From the IMG/VR virus record IMGVR_UViG_2721755498_000003: a DNA stretch of 15,362 nucleotides. One strand, 5' to 3'. The notes beneath the pieces were generated by a model, which was not told the origin of the DNA, searched no databases, and saw only the letters and a program-made list of their open reading frames with translations. Source of the DNA: a virus (Duplodnaviria > Heunggongvirae > Uroviricota > Caudoviricetes). The position numbers and the translations under genes were made by a program. Below are positions 13,985 through 15,362 of this stretch, one piece after another (the stretch's first letter is position 1; each line of letters opens with the position of its first letter).

Positions 13985-14014
13985 CCCGCTTCGGCGGGTT
14001 TTTGTTTTTATTTT
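13985..14014 (+). terminator. Rho-independent terminator after relBE-hokD
   Basis: CCCGC-TTCG-GCGGG hairpin (UUCG tetraloop) followed by TTTTTGTTTTTATTTT. Confidence 0.8.
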
Positions 14015-14130
14015 CAACGCATTTGAAGTTCTGGATGGTGCCGGAATAGAATCAAAAATACTTAAGTAGCGCGCAGGGATAAGAGGGATGGTCCCTTAAA
14101 GGGGAGAGCTAATTATCCGGAAGGATTCTG

Positions 14131-14382
14131 ATGATGAACATCGAAGAACTGCGTAAAATTTTTTGTGAAGATGGCCTCTATGCTGTGTGCGTTGAAAATG
14201 GAAATATTGCTAGTCATTACCGCATTGTGTGTTTGCAAAAAAATGGGGCTGCGTTAATTAATTATGTGGATGCCCGAGTGACGGACGGATTTATCTTGCG
14301 CGACGGTGAGTTTGTCACTTCATTACAGGCATTAAAAGAGATCGGAATAAAAGCTGGCTTTTCTGCTTTTTCAGAAGAATAA
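14131..14382 (+). CDS. rem: Rem-like small protein (83 aa)
   Basis: 83-aa ORF in the position of rem downstream of hokD in Qin. Identity is by size, order and recollection. Confidence 0.55.
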   Translation: MMNIEELRKIFCEDGLYAVCVENGNIASHYRIVCLQKNGAALINYVDARVTDGFILRDGEFVTSLQALKEIGIKAGFSAFSEE

Positions 14383-14448
14383 ACTCATCTACAATCTTGC
14401 GCGGGGCTGAACTCCCGCTGAGTAACACCGTGCCACCGGAGAAAACCG

Positions 14449-14967
14449 ATGGCACGCAACGCAAAATATTACAATCATGATAATTCGACCGTTCTTGCCC
14501 ACACGCACGAGCGGTATTCTCACGCATTTAAGTCAGACTGGTACCAGCATCCCCCATGCACTGAAGAACAGGCCGAATGGCTCATTCAGTGTTACCGCAG
14601 GCGCGGATGCGAGGTTAAAAAAGCCCTTAGCCTCGACTACCGTCACTGGATAATCTCCGTCAGGCTTCCTTACTCCGAACGCCCACCGCGTCCGTCCCGC
14701 ACATTCCAGCAACGCATCTGGAGGTAACGTGCGGGTATTACTTCGACCTGTTCTGGTATGCCAGCCGACGATCCGCATCATCTGATTGGTCACGGGCAGG
14801 GCGGAATGGGAACCAAAGCACATGATCTCTTTGTGTTGCCTTTGTGCAGAAAGCATCACGACGAGTTGCATACGGATACCGTGGCATTTGAAGAGAAGTA
14901 TGGCTCCCAACTGGAGCTGATTTTTCGATTTATCGATCGCGCGCTGGCAATTGGTGTGCTGGCCTAA
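14449..14967 (+). pseudogene. DUF968/HNH-like protein (YdfU-type) interrupted by an in-frame TAA
   Basis: ORFs 14449..14727 and 14758..14967 are in the same frame, separated by one TAA at 14728-14730. The downstream part carries the HNH-like motif DDPHHLIGHGQGG...LPLCRKHHDELH. GGAG RBS before 14449; none before the ATG at 14758. Confidence 0.5.
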
Positions 14968-14984
14968 TTTTGTGGAGTAAGTTG

Positions 14985-15362
14985 ATGCGTGATATTCAGA
15001 TGGTTCTTGAGCGTTGGGGGGCATGGGCGGCTAATAATCATGAAGATGTGACCTGGTCGTCCATTGCCGCCGGTTTTAAGGGATTAATTCCTTCAAAAGT
15101 AAGATCTCGTCCGCAATGCTGTGACGATGACGCGATGATCATTTGTGAATGTATGGCTCGCCTGAAAAAAAACAACAGCGATTTACATGATTTATTGGTG
15201 GACTATTATGTCGGCGGCATGACTTTTATGGCGCTTGCACGTAAGCATGGGCGATCTGATTGTTGGGTTGGCAGGATGCTCCAGAAAGCTGAGGGCGTAG
15301 TGGAGGGCATGCTGATGGTGTTGGATCTCCGATTGGAGATGGATGCTGATTGTTCGAAATAA
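14985..15362 (+). CDS. Antitermination protein Q (QuuD/phage 21-82 type)
   Basis: ATG at 14985 with GGAG RBS 7 nt upstream; [39 protein letters not shown]...[18 protein letters not shown]... matches the DLP12 QuuD-type Q family as I recall it. Stop is at the window end. The six-frame track starts at an upstream TTG (14970). Confidence 0.8.
   Translation: MRDIQMVLERWGAWAANNHEDVTWSSIAAGFKGLIPSKVRSRPQCCDDDAMIICECMARLKKNNSDLHDLLVDYYVGGMTFMALARKHGRSDCWVGRMLQKAEGVVEGMLMVLDLRLEMDADCSK

Noticed and set aside
14533-15024. 163-aa minus-strand ORF overlapping the DUF968 gene and Q start
   Set aside because: Antisense to two supported frames, no RBS, translation not protein-like.

Overview
This window is one arm of a lambdoid (Qin/DLP12-like) Escherichia-type prophage, read from the integrase end to the Q antiterminator. 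All calls are from reading the sequence and recalled protein families; no searches or computations were run. I did not find a clear-cut novel multi-gene system; the most unusual candidates are listed in the findings.

Layout, left to right:
- **Early-left operon (minus strand, 20..5701):** integrase, excisionase-like gene, an 823-aa RecE-like exonuclease, then ydfD, dicB, the DicF sRNA, ydfC, ydfB and ydfA. No RecT/Bet-type annealase is present.
- **Immunity switch (5781..6586):** a DicA-like repressor divergent from a DicC/Cro-like gene, with TGTTAGA-N4-TCTAACA operators at both promoters.
- **Replication module (6570..8853):** a YdaT/CII-like gene, an O-like initiator with an embedded iteron origin, a 140-aa hypothetical, and a 3'-truncated beta-class DNA methyltransferase fragment.
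- **Decay/accessory zone (8854..12250):** AT-rich, with frameshifted ORF remnants, a 59-aa membrane-protein ORF, and a DDE transposase bracketed by a perfect 12-bp inverted repeat.
- **Right side (12255..15362):** flxA with a sigma-28 promoter, relB-relE-hokD with its operator and terminator, rem, a DUF968/HNH-like gene split by an in-frame TAA, and a QuuD-like Q antiterminator.

Most other six-frame ORFs are shadow frames of these genes.
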